Source: Ptychomitrium polyphyllum
Lineage: Eukaryota
Assembly (NCBI GenBank): GCA_973851085.1
Contig: OZ316776.1
Coordinates: 8,184,001-8,248,000 of the forward strand
Direction of reading: 5' to 3'
DNA: 64,000 nt
Below, piece by piece: positions 14,295-28,797 of this stretch; within the stretch, counting starts at the first letter, position 1, and the number at the start of each line of letters is the position of its first letter. A program made the position numbers and the translations under genes. The notes under the pieces were generated by a model. That model saw only the letters and a list, made by a program, of their open reading frames with translations, was not told where the DNA came from and did not search any database.

Positions 14295-15050
14295 TCAACT
14301 GATAAGTGGGATTCTTCTCTTTAAGATTAATGATACGTTGAAACTGAGATCAACCTCAAAGGTAGGAATTGTCACCGCACTGTTGTCTTGTAAGCTTGTA
14401 AGGTGTAAGACTCTAAGAGAAGGGTCCAGAATGAACAAACTCTTAATTCGCACCAACCTCGGAAAGAGTCTGGCGTACTTCATCATCTGTGATACAAAAC
14501 GATAGCTGTGACTTGGCTGTAGACGTACATTCAGATATTGAATGACAGGTTCATTACAATGTAGAATTATCAGACTCATCACTCTTGTCCATATCAAGAA
14601 GTCTGTTATAGAGTGCAGGGAGTCAGGCAGGAACTTAAAGGCTTGACTTGATTTTACAAGTACTTCGCATGCAATTTGATCTTGATTTGGGAGGGAGCCT
14701 CTGTCCCATTCTTTTTTTGTCCTCACCAGTGTCATGCACAGCTATTGCAATTTGCTTCATCCAGCTCTTATAGAGCTACCAATGATGAGCATCAGGTGAA
14801 AGCTGCCTTCTTATGCTTCAAACGCAATCATAATCTCTTCCAGACTGCAAGGGACCTCATCACAAGGAGCCTATATAATGCTGAATGGAGAATTGGAATG
14901 TGCGAGGCATGTTACATAAATGTGGTACGACCAGATACTGTACTTGCCTACACATGACCAGGGCAGTTAAGGATGAATCTCAATTCCAAAGACTCAGTCT
15001 GGAAGAACAATTCAGAGTCTGGTTTCAGAATGATTGAGCTTGAAAGGGCC
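14295..15050 (-). pseudogene. Possible decayed leucine-rich-repeat gene fragment
   Basis: Coding-like island next to an AT-rich block. Minus-strand peptides FKFLPDSLHSIT, PSLRVLHLTS and CSSLVAL*ELDEANCNS loosely resemble plant LRR units. Stops are present and no start or splice model was found. Confidence 0.25.
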
Positions 15051-16150
15051 TTCCTACATTTTCACCACCTTCCATGGGAAACTTGCCTAGCCGCCTGTGC
15101 TGGGGCAGAATACAAAGGGAGAGCAGTATAATGAGGCCACTTATGCACAGTTCGTAACCACAATACAGAAGTAGGCCTATTTTCCAAACTGCAGATTGAT
15201 AATTGAGAACTCAGCAATCTTTCAACTGACCATGGCCAAGTACATGAGAGGATATTTGTACACTAGGAATTAAAAACAAAATCTCTCGTAATGTCGCTGA
15301 GACTGTCAGCACCCTCGCAGTGATCTCTGTCATCTCCAACGTGTTCATTAACCAGAGACATACAAAGGGTCAGTTTCTATGTACACTACCCCACCATTGT
15401 ATTCTGAAAATGAAAAGTCAAATGTCCGAGTCAACCACATCGCAAGTTCAGCAATTGGTCCCAAAAATAGTAGCTGGATAGTGTGCTAGTATTCATAGAA
15501 ACTGGCACGTGAGATAACCACTGCAATATTATGCTGATACTATTGTAGATGCGAAACAACATCTTTGAAATATCAACTCAGAAATTGGCGCAAGCAGTCT
15601 GTGTCTCGCATCAAACCACTCAGCTGAGAGTTTCATCCTTTCTGAAATATCAAATAAAGCAGAATGCATCGATACAAGTTTGCTTCAAAGACTGCACTTG
15701 ACAATGAAAGAAACTTGACGACTCCACACTGTAACATGCCACATTGTCACTAACTTGAAAGCATAGCATAATAGAATAAGACAGTTATTTCATGTAGTCT
15801 CACCACAAATAGTGGTATAATATAGAGATCGTATGTTATTGTCTACAAGCTGTCCTGGAACACGAATAGGAATTAAATACATGGTTCTATATACACTTGC
15901 CTGATTCCGTCCACTTCTATACATGGAACACATTACGAACCACCTTTACAACGAAGCTTTCTGATAATAATCTCCAAATCACAGGGATGACGAGTGACTG
16001 AAACAAGCGAGTGAGCTGAGGACAAATTCAGCTTATTGTTTGGTACAGTGGACCGCCCAATTCAGTTCCGCAACAGGCTACCAACTATGAAGTCAAGATA
16101 CAATTACGCATGAATTATAGAATGTCATCAACCAGCAATCGTCTTCCATA

Positions 16151-17320
<1,170 letters not shown>

Positions 17321-20300
17321 GCTGACAACCGACGTAATCGATTCGCTTCGCACCCAACTCACAACAAGCTTGAATCCTCCTCCGATTGATACCCACACAT
17401 GCGAACGAACCCCACAATAAGACAAAACACCAAAACCAACAAACCCTACACGCCACTTACAACCCCTCCCGACACTCCCACACCCCCACACAACACAGCC
17501 CCCCAATCCAACTCAAAACCGACAACAACATTCCAACGTCCAACATCCAACATGCAAACGCGTGAAGCACATGCATGCAACCTTCCAACCTTCCAACCTT
17601 TCAACCCTCCAACCCTCCAACCAAGACTAAAATGCAAGACAAGGCGTCAAAAAACCTGGTCAGAGAGCGGCGTGAGAAGCTGTGAGAATCTCCAAGCGTG
17701 TGAGTGCACACAGAAGAACCCAGAACACGGTTCCCACAAGATGCATGCGAAATGAAAGCAAGGCAGCGAAGACGAGTCCCTCGCTCCAGAGCCGACGTCC
17801 TTCGAGATGACCTCAGCGCCCTTGAGGCCCCTGCCCTAAACCGTCACCACACATAGAGCCGCCATCATGTACTTTCGCACTACACCAGAATCTCCATTTA
17901 TGCGAAATTTACAGCTTATGCTGGATTCTGCACACACTGACGGTTTTCAGTATAAATCTCTCGGAAGCAGAGGTTTCTGAGCTTGGTAGACCCTGACGGT
18001 TTAGGGTCTTCAAAACCATTTCCGTTGTCAATCAATGTCCGCTTTGCTAAAGTCTTCCAGAAGAACTGTACGACTTTATAGACGAAGGTCCTCATAAACC
18101 AGGTACGGCGACGGTTCTAGGTTTAAATCTCTCGGATGGGGAGATTTCTGGCCGACGTAGATGTTTCGTGGTTTAAGGTCTCGAGACTTTTGGGTTTAGG
18201 GTAGATTTTGCATCTTGGAGTGTGAGATTTCCAGTGATAGCTGTGGTTCTGGGTACGATGACGGTTTTTGGTGTTGGTTACGATGGCAGGCTCGGGATGC
18301 GAGGTGTAGGCCTGGTGTGAGGTTCGGGGAGGTACGGGAAGCAGTCCGGTAAGGAGGCCAGTGTGGGTTGACGATCGAGAGAGAGGGCGAGTAATTAGTG
18401 CTATCCACTCGTGATTCGTGGGTTGTGGTGCTGCACACGTGGAAGTGCTACAGATCCTATATTCCGGAATTAGAGTACCAAAGTGCTTTACTTTGGTTTC
18501 TGTATGTTAAGTTCTGTTGTGAGTAGCAGAATTAGAGCCTGCTTTATTTCTAGGAGACTCTTAATCATTGCCAAATTCCTTAGGGTGCGGGAAACTCTTT
18601 TGTTAAACATGGTGTTATTCAGTACAGTTGTTTGTTAGGTTCTCAAAACACATTCTAAAATAGTTTTTTTAAGAAATACATGGCTAAATTCCAAAAGCAG
18701 ATGATGGACAATAATGATTCTATTAAATGTTATCATGTAAGACATACTAATGATTTAATCTTATGATGATTTTATTTTGATCATTCATTTCTATGATAAT
18801 AATGTTTTTTCCATTAGTGCAATGACTTAAAACGAAGGCTTAAAATTTTAGTTTTTTTAAAAATTATTTACACATTTGAATATTATGATTTTCAAAATAA
18901 TTCAATTTCAAAAAATTAATTACTATATAAAAATTATCATAGAAAAGAAAGCTAATATTCAAAATTAATTTTCTAAATATTCTCTTATGGATTAAATGTG
19001 CTATAAACATGTGGATATGCATCAAAAAAATTGGTGTATAAATTATGAATCTCATTTATGAATACTATTAAAATGTTGTATATTTTATTTAAATAAATCT
19101 AACCATAAATCTTGTTTATTAAAAATATATATGAATAAATGCTATTCCTTGAATTCAATTATGATAAATAAATAAATAAAATTTAATGATATACTTAAAT
19201 GTTGCCACAAATTTTTATAATACTATTATGTCAATTTAAATGTGTATATTAAAACTTGAGGAAAGAATAAACATTTAAATATAGTTAAACTCAACATACA
19301 TATGAACATCTTATTAATCTTATAATTTAATTACAACCTATTCAAATTTTTACACTATCAGCCATTTCAATCTTTTAAAGAATTTAGAATATATTATTAT
19401 ATAAACTAAAGACATATTTATATTTCCAAATTGATTAAAAATAGGCTAGATTCAAGAAAAGCTCAATTCAATCATTACTACCTAATTTTATAAAATTTCA
19501 TTAGATTTTGAAGCATCACCTCTAAATTGTCTTTGTAGTTAAAAACTTAAACTACTAAATCTACTTTGTTAGATTTAGATGAATATTGTACACACTTCTA
19601 TGAATATTAAACTATTATTTTAATTAAAAATCACATATCAAACTAATATTAATCAAAATCAAGAATAATAACATGAAAAGTTATGAACTAATGTATTATT
19701 ACAATAAAAAAATTGTTACATGTTTAAAATTATCATATAATAAAAAAAATATGACCAAAACACTTCCTAAAGGAACAACATTCCTTCAAGTCTTTTAAAG
19801 CTCTAGAGAGTACATATTTCATTTATGTAAAAGTTATTTCTTGACATGACAATTTTCTCAAACAAAACATAGGTTTCACAAACCTCGTCCCGTCCTATCT
19901 TCAGAGATGCCCTTACCCATGCATAACATTATTGATACCGGAGTTCGACAGGGTATAACGCGGGCTCCCACTCTGCTTTGCATGTACCTTACTTCCAGAT
20001 CTGCCTTCTGGTTTGCTTTCACCTGGCGCACTCGGCTTTCACCTGGGCCAGGCGAAACTTTCACCGCGTTCCCAACAGCCCGATCTAGTTAGGGTTTGTG
20101 TTTTCGAGCCGAGCAACAAAAGCTACTTACTTGGGTAAAACTACGCTCCGATCCAAACTTCTCGTCGCCCCACGTAGCCTAGAGAAGAACCTGCACATTG
20201 CTCTATTATTGGACGCCCTCCAACGTCGACGAATCACGGCCGTTGACAACACCCGTCGACCAACAATATGCGACGAGACAACGGTTTCTCGTCAAGCCGA

Positions 20301-20659
20301 CGCGGCGGTGGCTACTCGTCGTTATAACCTGCTCGGAGTTCAAAATCCGAAACCCGTCACCGCATGTAGATAAGCGCTATCTACGATATGTGGTCATTGA
20401 AGTCTGGGAAATCTAGAAACACATAGATAGGGGTGGAGGGGAGAGGGACGCGGCAGGGGCGTCAGTCAGTTGCGGCCTGCGAGCAACGAGCTGCGCGTTG
20501 CGACCTCGCAGCGGGTCTCGGGACGTGGGGCGATTCTCGCGACAACAGCTGACGCAGCTTCCGATGGGCGTGCCGGGCGTGAGAAAGTGCGCAGAACCGC
20601 AGTAGGTCTAAGCAATCGAAGCAGGGAAGAGGAAGCGAGGAGGGAGGGCGAGAGGGAGG

Positions 20660-20663
<4 letters not shown>

Positions 20664-20695
<32 letters not shown>

Positions 20696-20700
20696 GAGAG
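20664..20700 (+). repeat. (GA)n microsatellite in 5' leader of the downstream gene
   Basis: Run of GA dinucleotides with one GT interruption, ~120 nt upstream of ATG 20822. Confidence 0.9.
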
Positions 20701-20821
20701 GAGGCGTTGGAGTTTGGTGATGGGGATGAAGACGAGCAATCCGTTGCTGTAGCGGTCGTCTCTATGCAGGCCAACCCACAAATGGGGTTGTGGCTTCGGC
20801 GAGTGTTGTTGTTAGCCCAGG

Positions 20822-22498
20822 ATGGTAGCGTTGTTGCCCAGAGCGGGCGTGATTGCGACGCTGGTGCTGCTCGTTAGCGTCGTTGCGTTGGTGGCTTATC
20901 AATTCCCTGCGGAGACTTCGTTCGCGCGGTTGCGGTCGTGGTATCCGCTCGCCGCGGCCGCGGAGGAGCCCGGCCGGGCGCCCAGCGGTTCGAATCATAG
21001 CGAGGTTCGTTGTTCGGCGATTGCTCTGTTTTCTTTTAGTTGTTGTTGTTTTTTTGTGAGTTTGGGTGTCGAGATTTGCGGTCGTCTCTGTGCAGATTTC
21101 CAGATTCTTCGTTTTTTGTTTTAGTAAATTTGGTGATTTGAGGTTTGTGGGTGTTTTTGAGGTTTGGTGGAGATCTATAGAGCTTTTCGGGTGAGAATCT
21201 CGGTCTTTGATGGGTGTGTGCAGATACTAGTTGATGGATCTTCGCCGGTATCGTCCAAGGGGTTGTTGAAAAATTCCACGAGGCCACGTGTTGCGGTGTG
21301 TCTAGTTGGAGGGGCGCGGGCATTTGAGTTGACGGGCAAAACTCTCAAGAAGTACGTCCTGACTGCCTATAACCACACGGATGTGTTCCTGCACTCGCCT
21401 CTAGATAAGGATTCCCACAAGTTTACACTGCTGAGTGGAGCCTCGGGACTAGCGAATGCCCGACTTTTTAGTCCGCAAAGACTTCCGGAAAGCAGAGTGC
21501 AGCGAGAAGTACTCACGAGTGCTAATTCTCCTAATGGAATTCAGGTTTGTTGCCTCAGACGATTAGTTATGCGTTTTTTGCATACAGACGATGAAGCAAT
21601 TTTCTATTTGGTACCATTGCCTTGTTACTTGTTTTGGATGGATGTTCGTTTTATCTATCTCTGGAGGATGAAATTTAATAACTTTGAGAGTTTTTGTGTC
21701 CTGTTTTGCACGGAGCAGGGTCTTTTGCAGTACTTTAATCTGGTCGAAGGATGCCTAGGAATGATCGGAGAGCACGAGATTAAGCACAACATCAAGTACG
21801 ATTGGCTTGTTCGGACCAGGGTCGATGGATACTGGAGTGGGCCACTTCCGTCCTTGAGTTCCTTTGATTCATCTTTTTACTATATTCCAGATGGATCACA
21901 TTACGGTGGACTTAACGACAGATTAGGTATCGGAAATGCTGCTACTTCGAGGGTAGCACTATCAAGGTTGAGTTTACTCCCATTCCTGCACCAGCATAAT
22001 GGTAGAAATTTGAATTCCGAGACAGCCTTTAAAGCTCAGTTGGAGTTTTCAAAGGTACCGCACAAGGTGGCAAAGTTTCCTTTTTGCATACTCACCCAGC
22101 GGAGATACGCCTGGCCTCCCGCCTATTTTGGTGTGCCAGTGATGTCTTTGTCCACAAAGGGTGCGATGAATGGGGCTAAATGCAGACCGTGCACTCCCAA
22201 GTCTACTGGACGAGAAGCTCAAGGCATATTGGCCAAGCTTGGTAAGGGTTGGGGATGGCCAGGGTTGATAGAAGGGCTTGAACTTTGTGATGCACATGAT
22301 GGTTGGGAACCACAGTGGCATAAAATATATGAGAGGGAGTCCGGAGAACAGCTTTCTGGTGACGCTCTGAATGTTACGACAAGGTCGGTTGCTGAATGTA
22401 TTCAGAACGTGGAAGAGTTTCAGAAGCAGTGGGAGGTTTGGGACGCGCCTTCAGCCAAGGTGATATGCTCCGTGGGGAGAGACGACAAGGCGATCTAA
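20822..22498 (+). CDS. Uncharacterised conserved plant type II membrane protein (possibly glycosyltransferase-like), ~427 aa
   Basis: Exons 20822-21004, 21224-21544, 21719-22498 (phase 0 GT-AG). N-terminal hydrophobic anchor VIATLVLLVSVVALVAY, then a luminal-type domain with RVAVCLVGGARAFELTG, YDWLVRTRVDGYW, GGLNDRLG and several Cys. The function is inferred, not established. Confidence 0.85.
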
Positions 22499-23567
22499 GT
22501 TTGATTCTGCTCAATAGGTTGGGAACTGAGGATCCGCCTTGCAGATATGCTGAGAGATCTCTGGACATGTGAGGGGTATGATTCTGAATAGGTATGTACA
22601 ATCTTTACGTGTGTATGTTAGTTGGAAATTTTGACCTGGAAAGAGCACCATTTTTCCAAGAACTTTGTGTATCTAAGAGTTCTTCTTCTATTAAAGTAAC
22701 CTGACAGCCAAACATCCAAGTCCGGAGCGTTCATCTTTTTTGTGGTGATGTCACGGTAATGTGTGCTCCGTTTGATTCAGAATGTTTTCCTGATAATTCC
22801 TTTCCAATCATTTATGGTGCTTGTGTATGAGTTAGAGAAACAGGAAGGAATCTGTATTCAATTTTCTTTATTAAATCTTTTGTTGCAAACAAAGGAAGAG
22901 GCATTGTTCTGAAGTGATACCACGGGAGAATGATAGTGTTTGATCAGCATCGATTACTCGACTAGGTAGTTTGATTTCAAATGGAAGAAGATAGACTTGT
23001 GGGAATTGTTCTGTGACTACCTACGGCTTGCCTATGTTTTTGATTAAGGAGGCAGCACATGTGAAACTGTAAGTATGCATAAACCATGGTAAGCATAAAC
23101 CGTTCCTGGAACCGCTAAAACGACCAACTCTATAATTGACACTTCCTGGTGAGTACTTGCTCTTTGATTTTACGTGATAGTCAACCACCTTGAGCACTTT
23201 CACCCAATGCGCAAGAAGGATTTTTGAAGCAACAGTAAGGCCAGAGTTGATATTTTTAGCACAAAAAGTCCAGCCAGAAAAGAGGGAACCTGCAGAGGTA
23301 AAGCTTACCGAATCAAATTAACTAAACTGAAGAGGTATTAAAAATTGAAGTTTATAGAATCAGAAGTCTTCCCTGATTCATAATAAACGTCAGGAATGAT
23401 AAACTCATCAAAATTGTATCCGGTTAGTTTGAAAAGAAGAAGACAACTCGAGCTGTGAAAGGCAAGTAACCAAGCCTTACAAAGAGCAGTGACATGTAAA
23501 TACAGATAATATTAACTATACCTCACTATGAGTCCAATGATTTCTGTTAACGAAGGAATCTTCATTT

Positions 23568-23631
23568 GATCATATTACAACTTCAAGCATACCTGCATGG
23601 TCTTAAGTATGCTTGAGGTTGTAATATGATC
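23568..23631. other. 25-bp near-perfect inverted repeat / RNA hairpin
   Basis: GATCATATTACAACTTCAAGCATAC (23568-23592) pairs with GTATGCTTGAGGTTGTAATATGATC (23607-23631). There is a 14-nt loop and one T/G position, a U:G wobble on the + transcript. Confidence 0.85.
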
Positions 23632-24320
23632 CACATATGGCAGTCTTGGCTCGGAGAATAAAACGATGTGTTCCGTCAACCAAACCATATCTACTTCCTG
23701 TTCTGTATTATATAACTCATTGACAGAAGCAACAGCTGGCGTTGGCTGTGGCTGAGGTTGCTATAGTAGTTGTGGCTGAGGCTCAATTGTTGCAGACAAG
23801 CTTTCTGTACAATCTCAAGAATGAGATGGTAAGATTTGGATGATCCTAGTTCCAGTTCCATTAGTGCATAGCTTCCGAATAAGCTAACCTCATATGAATT
23901 CAGAAGAATCTCGCTTACGATCCTCTTTAAGTTCTGGTATGCTGTGTCTAAACAAAATTTGGTACCCGAGTACCACTTTCATAGAATAATTAGCAAGAGA
24001 TGCGCAAGAGATTCAAAATGGCAAATCGTGCGCAGATTGATTTAATTGCTCTACTTTTTGTGCTGCCCTCGAATCCTGGAGCAAATACGTGCTCGTTGTG
24101 GGCGCCTGATGAGTGATGGAGCTGAGTAGTTGAGGATAAAATGCTTTGGTGAAACAATGACTTGCACTAATTTAGGCTTCCTTTGACAGAACAGGCGAGT
24201 CGACGTCACCGTCAACTGCTGAGCTATAATCCACGGAAGCAGAAGGAGCTGGAGTGTCTAGGCTGGCAACACTATCAATCGTGGAGCCGCTCTCCGAGTC
24301 AACTATCGGTGACTTCTTGT

Positions 24321-25033
24321 TCAGACGTTATTTACAATGAAGTCCTTCGGCTCTCTCTTAAACCGATCCTCCAGCATCCTTGGTCTCATAGTGCTCTCAG
24401 CTCCTTTCTTATTTCTGAAGGTAAATTGGTGAAGGACAGAGCTTAGGTCATCTACCGTTGCAACTCTAGAACTGTTTTGTACAACTGATTCACAGCAAAG
24501 GTGATCATCTCTACCTGTCAAATGCTGCGATTCAAATTGGTAACTAGTTGCTATTCTTCGTACATTAGTTCGGAACTTTGAGCGGGTTGAACCTGTATAT
24601 AGAACAAAACGATTGCTTCTCGTAGATCACAACCATAATTCCACTCCGCTCCAAGTAAGGATTGTAACAAGAGCTACATACCAATGGTCGCTCATACCTC
24701 TAATTTGATGATTCCAATGATGTGGAAAATAAAATCTAATGTTTAGGTAACCGAAACATAATCTTCCTCAATTGCAGGGAATGACAGAAGCTTCATCTAC
24801 ACACCTGATGGTGAAGACTCGCCAAATGATTCATCGTCATCGCTACTTATCTCACTAGCTTCTGAAGACTTTGAAAGACTTTTTAAACCGACCGATCGGA
24901 CCTTAGCATATTCATTAGATTCGAAGCGCTCGCCCTTCTCGTTTTCAGACACTTCATCTGCATTGACTGTCTCTTCGTCAAAACCAAACAGCCATTCCAT
25001 CACCTTCCTACACGTGTGCTCTACAGTAGCCAT
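24321..25033 (-). CDS. Hypothetical orphan protein (~166 aa, two exons) or truncated pseudogene
   Basis: Exon 25033-24805 (G|gtgtgt) and exon 24592-24321 (acag|GT) join in phase into one ORF. Plausible 5'UTR splice sites lie upstream (~25925, 25729-25656, ~25045). No recognisable domain. Confidence 0.4.
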
Positions 25034-28000
25034 TAAACCAACTTCTGCAGCAGAAATAGTAGTAGGAACAAAGAAGCACTAGATCATCTTGTACATCTTG
25101 TACATCACATTCAATCCCAATCAAAAGATGGCTGTTCCACAAAATATCTTTGACCAGAGACTACAACCAATACAGCTCTAGAATAAGACACTGGGAGCTC
25201 AAGGGCATGCAAACCTTTGATTCGCCTCCTATCCAATGAAATCTCTCAGTAAATGAGCTCTTATTATTTTAGGTTACACGAAAACCGATACAAAACTGAG
25301 CTTCACAGTTCGCACATTGCGTCAGTAGTAACGCGATCACATAATGACGGCCGCCTTTGCTTCAGGACTTCTAAACCACAGCACATATGAACCAAATCTT
25401 GAAGATCCGAAGGAGAAAAAGACAGCAAGCACAACGTCATCGTTTACAGAAAGCCGGAAGGCCAAAACATCTCCTGGACGAGCGCGTCACTCGCCTACTC
25501 CAACCAAAATCGACACAAATGACAACGAAATCAACTGCATTACCACTAACTTCCCTGTAAAGTACAAAACAACAAACCTGGAGGTGGTATGGCCGCCTTG
25601 CTGCTGCATAGTAGCTGTGCACAGCTTTTTGCCGCAATAGCTTGAAGCAGCTCACCTCTGAACTGCTGGACAGTAGCTGCCTTCACAGTACCACTTCTCC
25701 TTACACAAGCATGATCCGCCCTCTCAAAATCTGCAACCGCTACTTAGAACACCAAACCCCGCTCCCCTCACACCCGATTGATCCAATCTGTAAACCTCCA
25801 CTCGCCGCCATATGCATCCTCCTCATCAAACCACAGCACAAGTGCAATCACACCAGAATCCTAAGAAAAGGCTGAGCATGATGTAACTAATACAACACAG
25901 CATGTATGTTCACCATAACTTTACCTCCGGCATTCGGCATCGAACTAATGAAGAGTTTTCGCAAACTCTCCCTACATTGCATTCAAATCCCAATTCACTA
26001 AACTGCTCTAAATTTGGAGGCGCAGCTGGTTGCGTGAAAATGCGCTGGGTGAGGGGGGCCGATTTCCAAACCCGTCACTGTATACTTAGTCGAAGATATC
26101 TACTCAGATTGTAGATTTTAAAAACCAGAAAGTGTGGTGGTTGTAGATATATATGAGGATGGGTATGCATCGCTACATTGAATGCGCACCTGTGTAAGGG
26201 CGGGGGAAGGGGGAGTTTTTTAAACCGAGGCGCTGCTTGGCTTTTGTTGATGACTTCTAACGCATCGGATCTTTCACGTTCGTTCTAGTGAAAGAAAAGG
26301 AAAACCCTCTAAAACCGTCACGGTATGCAAATTGGTTTCTATCCATGTTAAATGTTGCATCTGGAATCCCAACTGTACGGATACAGTAGGCGATGGCGGT
26401 TTAGGAATAGTGACGGCTTTTTGTGTCCATAATTATCTTGAATGTGCAGTAGCCGGATAAAGGAGGCTAATAGCCAGAACCGTCATCGCGTGCATTACTA
26501 GTGGTGTCTACAATAATTGTACCTTCTAGAAATATACAGCGTGTAAGGCAGGGCTGGATAAGGGTTTTTGGTATAATGATGGTGTTGGGTAAGCAACCTT
26601 AGTTTGAGTCCGAAGACAGGGAGGAACAATGTGGAAAGAAGGCGGGGTTTAAGGTGAATTATTTCCACGTGGCGAGTTTTCAGATTACCTGGACGCGGTA
26701 AAGTTGTAATAGACTACCATCTGGACTGGTTATTTGATTCTCGCTTTATATGGATCTTTAAATTCCTCTAAATGAGGCTTAGATCCATATGTGTACACAT
26801 TTAAAGACGCACACATAGCCGTAGTTGTATTCAACCCTGACATCATCTACGCCCTTTCTAGATAAGAGGGATTGACACGTAACAGAACGACAGAATTCTC
26901 TATTTTTGGTATGGTGACGGCTTTGGATGTGCGTACCGTATTTCCTGGGGATCAGGCATATCCGGGACCTTTCTTTCACAACGTAAGAGTGTCATTCACA
27001 AGTTGCTGAGTTGGCATTGGTTTCGGTAAGTTCTGAACTGTCTCTTCGTTGGATCTATTTACAGGCTTCAAAAAATGTTGTGGTGGGCTCTGATCACCTC
27101 AGGTAATCACAACAGTCTTTGGCAAAGGCAAAGGACACTGTTCACCTTCGAATCAGGACACTCCTTGATTCCTTGCTTCCTTGCTTCATCCAATGTAGTA
27201 CCAGTTGATATTAATAATATCCAGTTACAAAATGCTAAGTTACCCACTGCTAACCAATATTGTGATTGAGGTCAAGCTAATTACATTCTTTACAATACTT
27301 CTACAATACATTCCAACTACAGACAATAACGATATATTCAAACTAAGCGAGAAGGAAGTGAAATATTGTTTAGTACTGTCGATCATGGAGGATGGAGCAG
27401 GGTCATCCAGCTAAGGAATATATATCATGTATACACTAAATCTAACGTGAGCATGTTGCATACCTTGCAGATTCTAGGAGTTGTCGAGGCTTGGATAAAT
27501 GAACATCAGGTAATCGACATTTGAAATGAACAGGCATTAAGATGTATCCAAATGCCAAATGTAGGTTGTCAAAAATTGATAATCATCCAACTCATCGGAA
27601 TCCGAACACTCGCGAAAGCTTCATAACTACACGTCAGATAATGATAAACTAAGATATAAGCTGGTCACTGGTACACGGTCTCAACACGACATGACAAGAG
27701 TATTGACATGAAAACATATTACACTCAGAGCAGTAGTAATACCGCAGAACACTAATAACACACCAACTCAACACATGAAAAAACCAACTGCTTCAGCTCT
27801 GAAATGGCACTTTTCCACTTCAAAAGTGCTACAGGAAACTGTATTTGGAGCTTAAGGAATCGTGAAAACAAATCTACGAGCACAACTAAAGAAAACAATC
27901 AAAATATTTGACCACCAAGGTAAGACTGGACTGACAAGCAAGCCGCTGGCGAACCTCCTGGAAAAAGTTTGATGTCAACAGGGAGAGTATCGCATCTCCC

Positions 28001-28797
28001 AGATGTTCTCAATTCAACAGGAGAACATTGATCAAATATAAAGTAATTGAGTACTATTGCTCTTAGCAGTAATACACCTTCCTGCAGCTAAAGGACCAGA
28101 GCTTACATTCTCTAGCACCAGCCGTCATCTGTTCTTCCTGCCATGGACTCACTTTGGACCTCTAAAAATACTCCGTTCAAGTATATGTCCAATCCCTCTC
28201 CACCTATAAAGATAAGGTGATATCTTCACTACTAACCAAGTTTCCACAATTTATGATTCCCACGTGAACCATCTTCCAAGTTGACAAATACCACAATGCA
28301 CAATAAGATAGAGCCTTTCAAGGGTCCAATTCTAAAGCTGTCTCTGTACACCAAACAATAAAGGCAGACACCTAGCTCAAACCACACACCTACTGATCTT
28401 ACAGTCTGTCCTGTTTTGGACCCCTAGATCTAATACCTACACAGACGAGGACAAGGAGGTAGTAACATAAAAATGTGAGAAGAAAAGTTACAACTTGGAA
28501 TAATACCACATGTAGAATCTGCAGACCTAGCAAAAGCCCGTCTGCTCCGGCTTGAATCCTTTCATCTCAGAACCCCTTCTTGCTGCTTGCTCAGTCCAAC
28601 AACGCAATCCTGTAGCCATAGTACGAAAGTCGCTACGCTCTTGACACCATTCGAAACTCGCAACCCAAACGAAGAACCGTCTTCATTGAAATGACTCAGA
28701 AAACAAATCCCAATTGACGACGAAAACAAAGGTCTCGGAAAACATATCTGACACCTGTCTTTCATACACCTCGTAATCCCAAGACTAGGCAAAAAGG

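Noticed and set aside
20985..21000. GGTTCGAATC T-loop-like motif
   Set aside because: Lies within coding exon 1, with no cloverleaf or acceptor stem around it, so not a tRNA.
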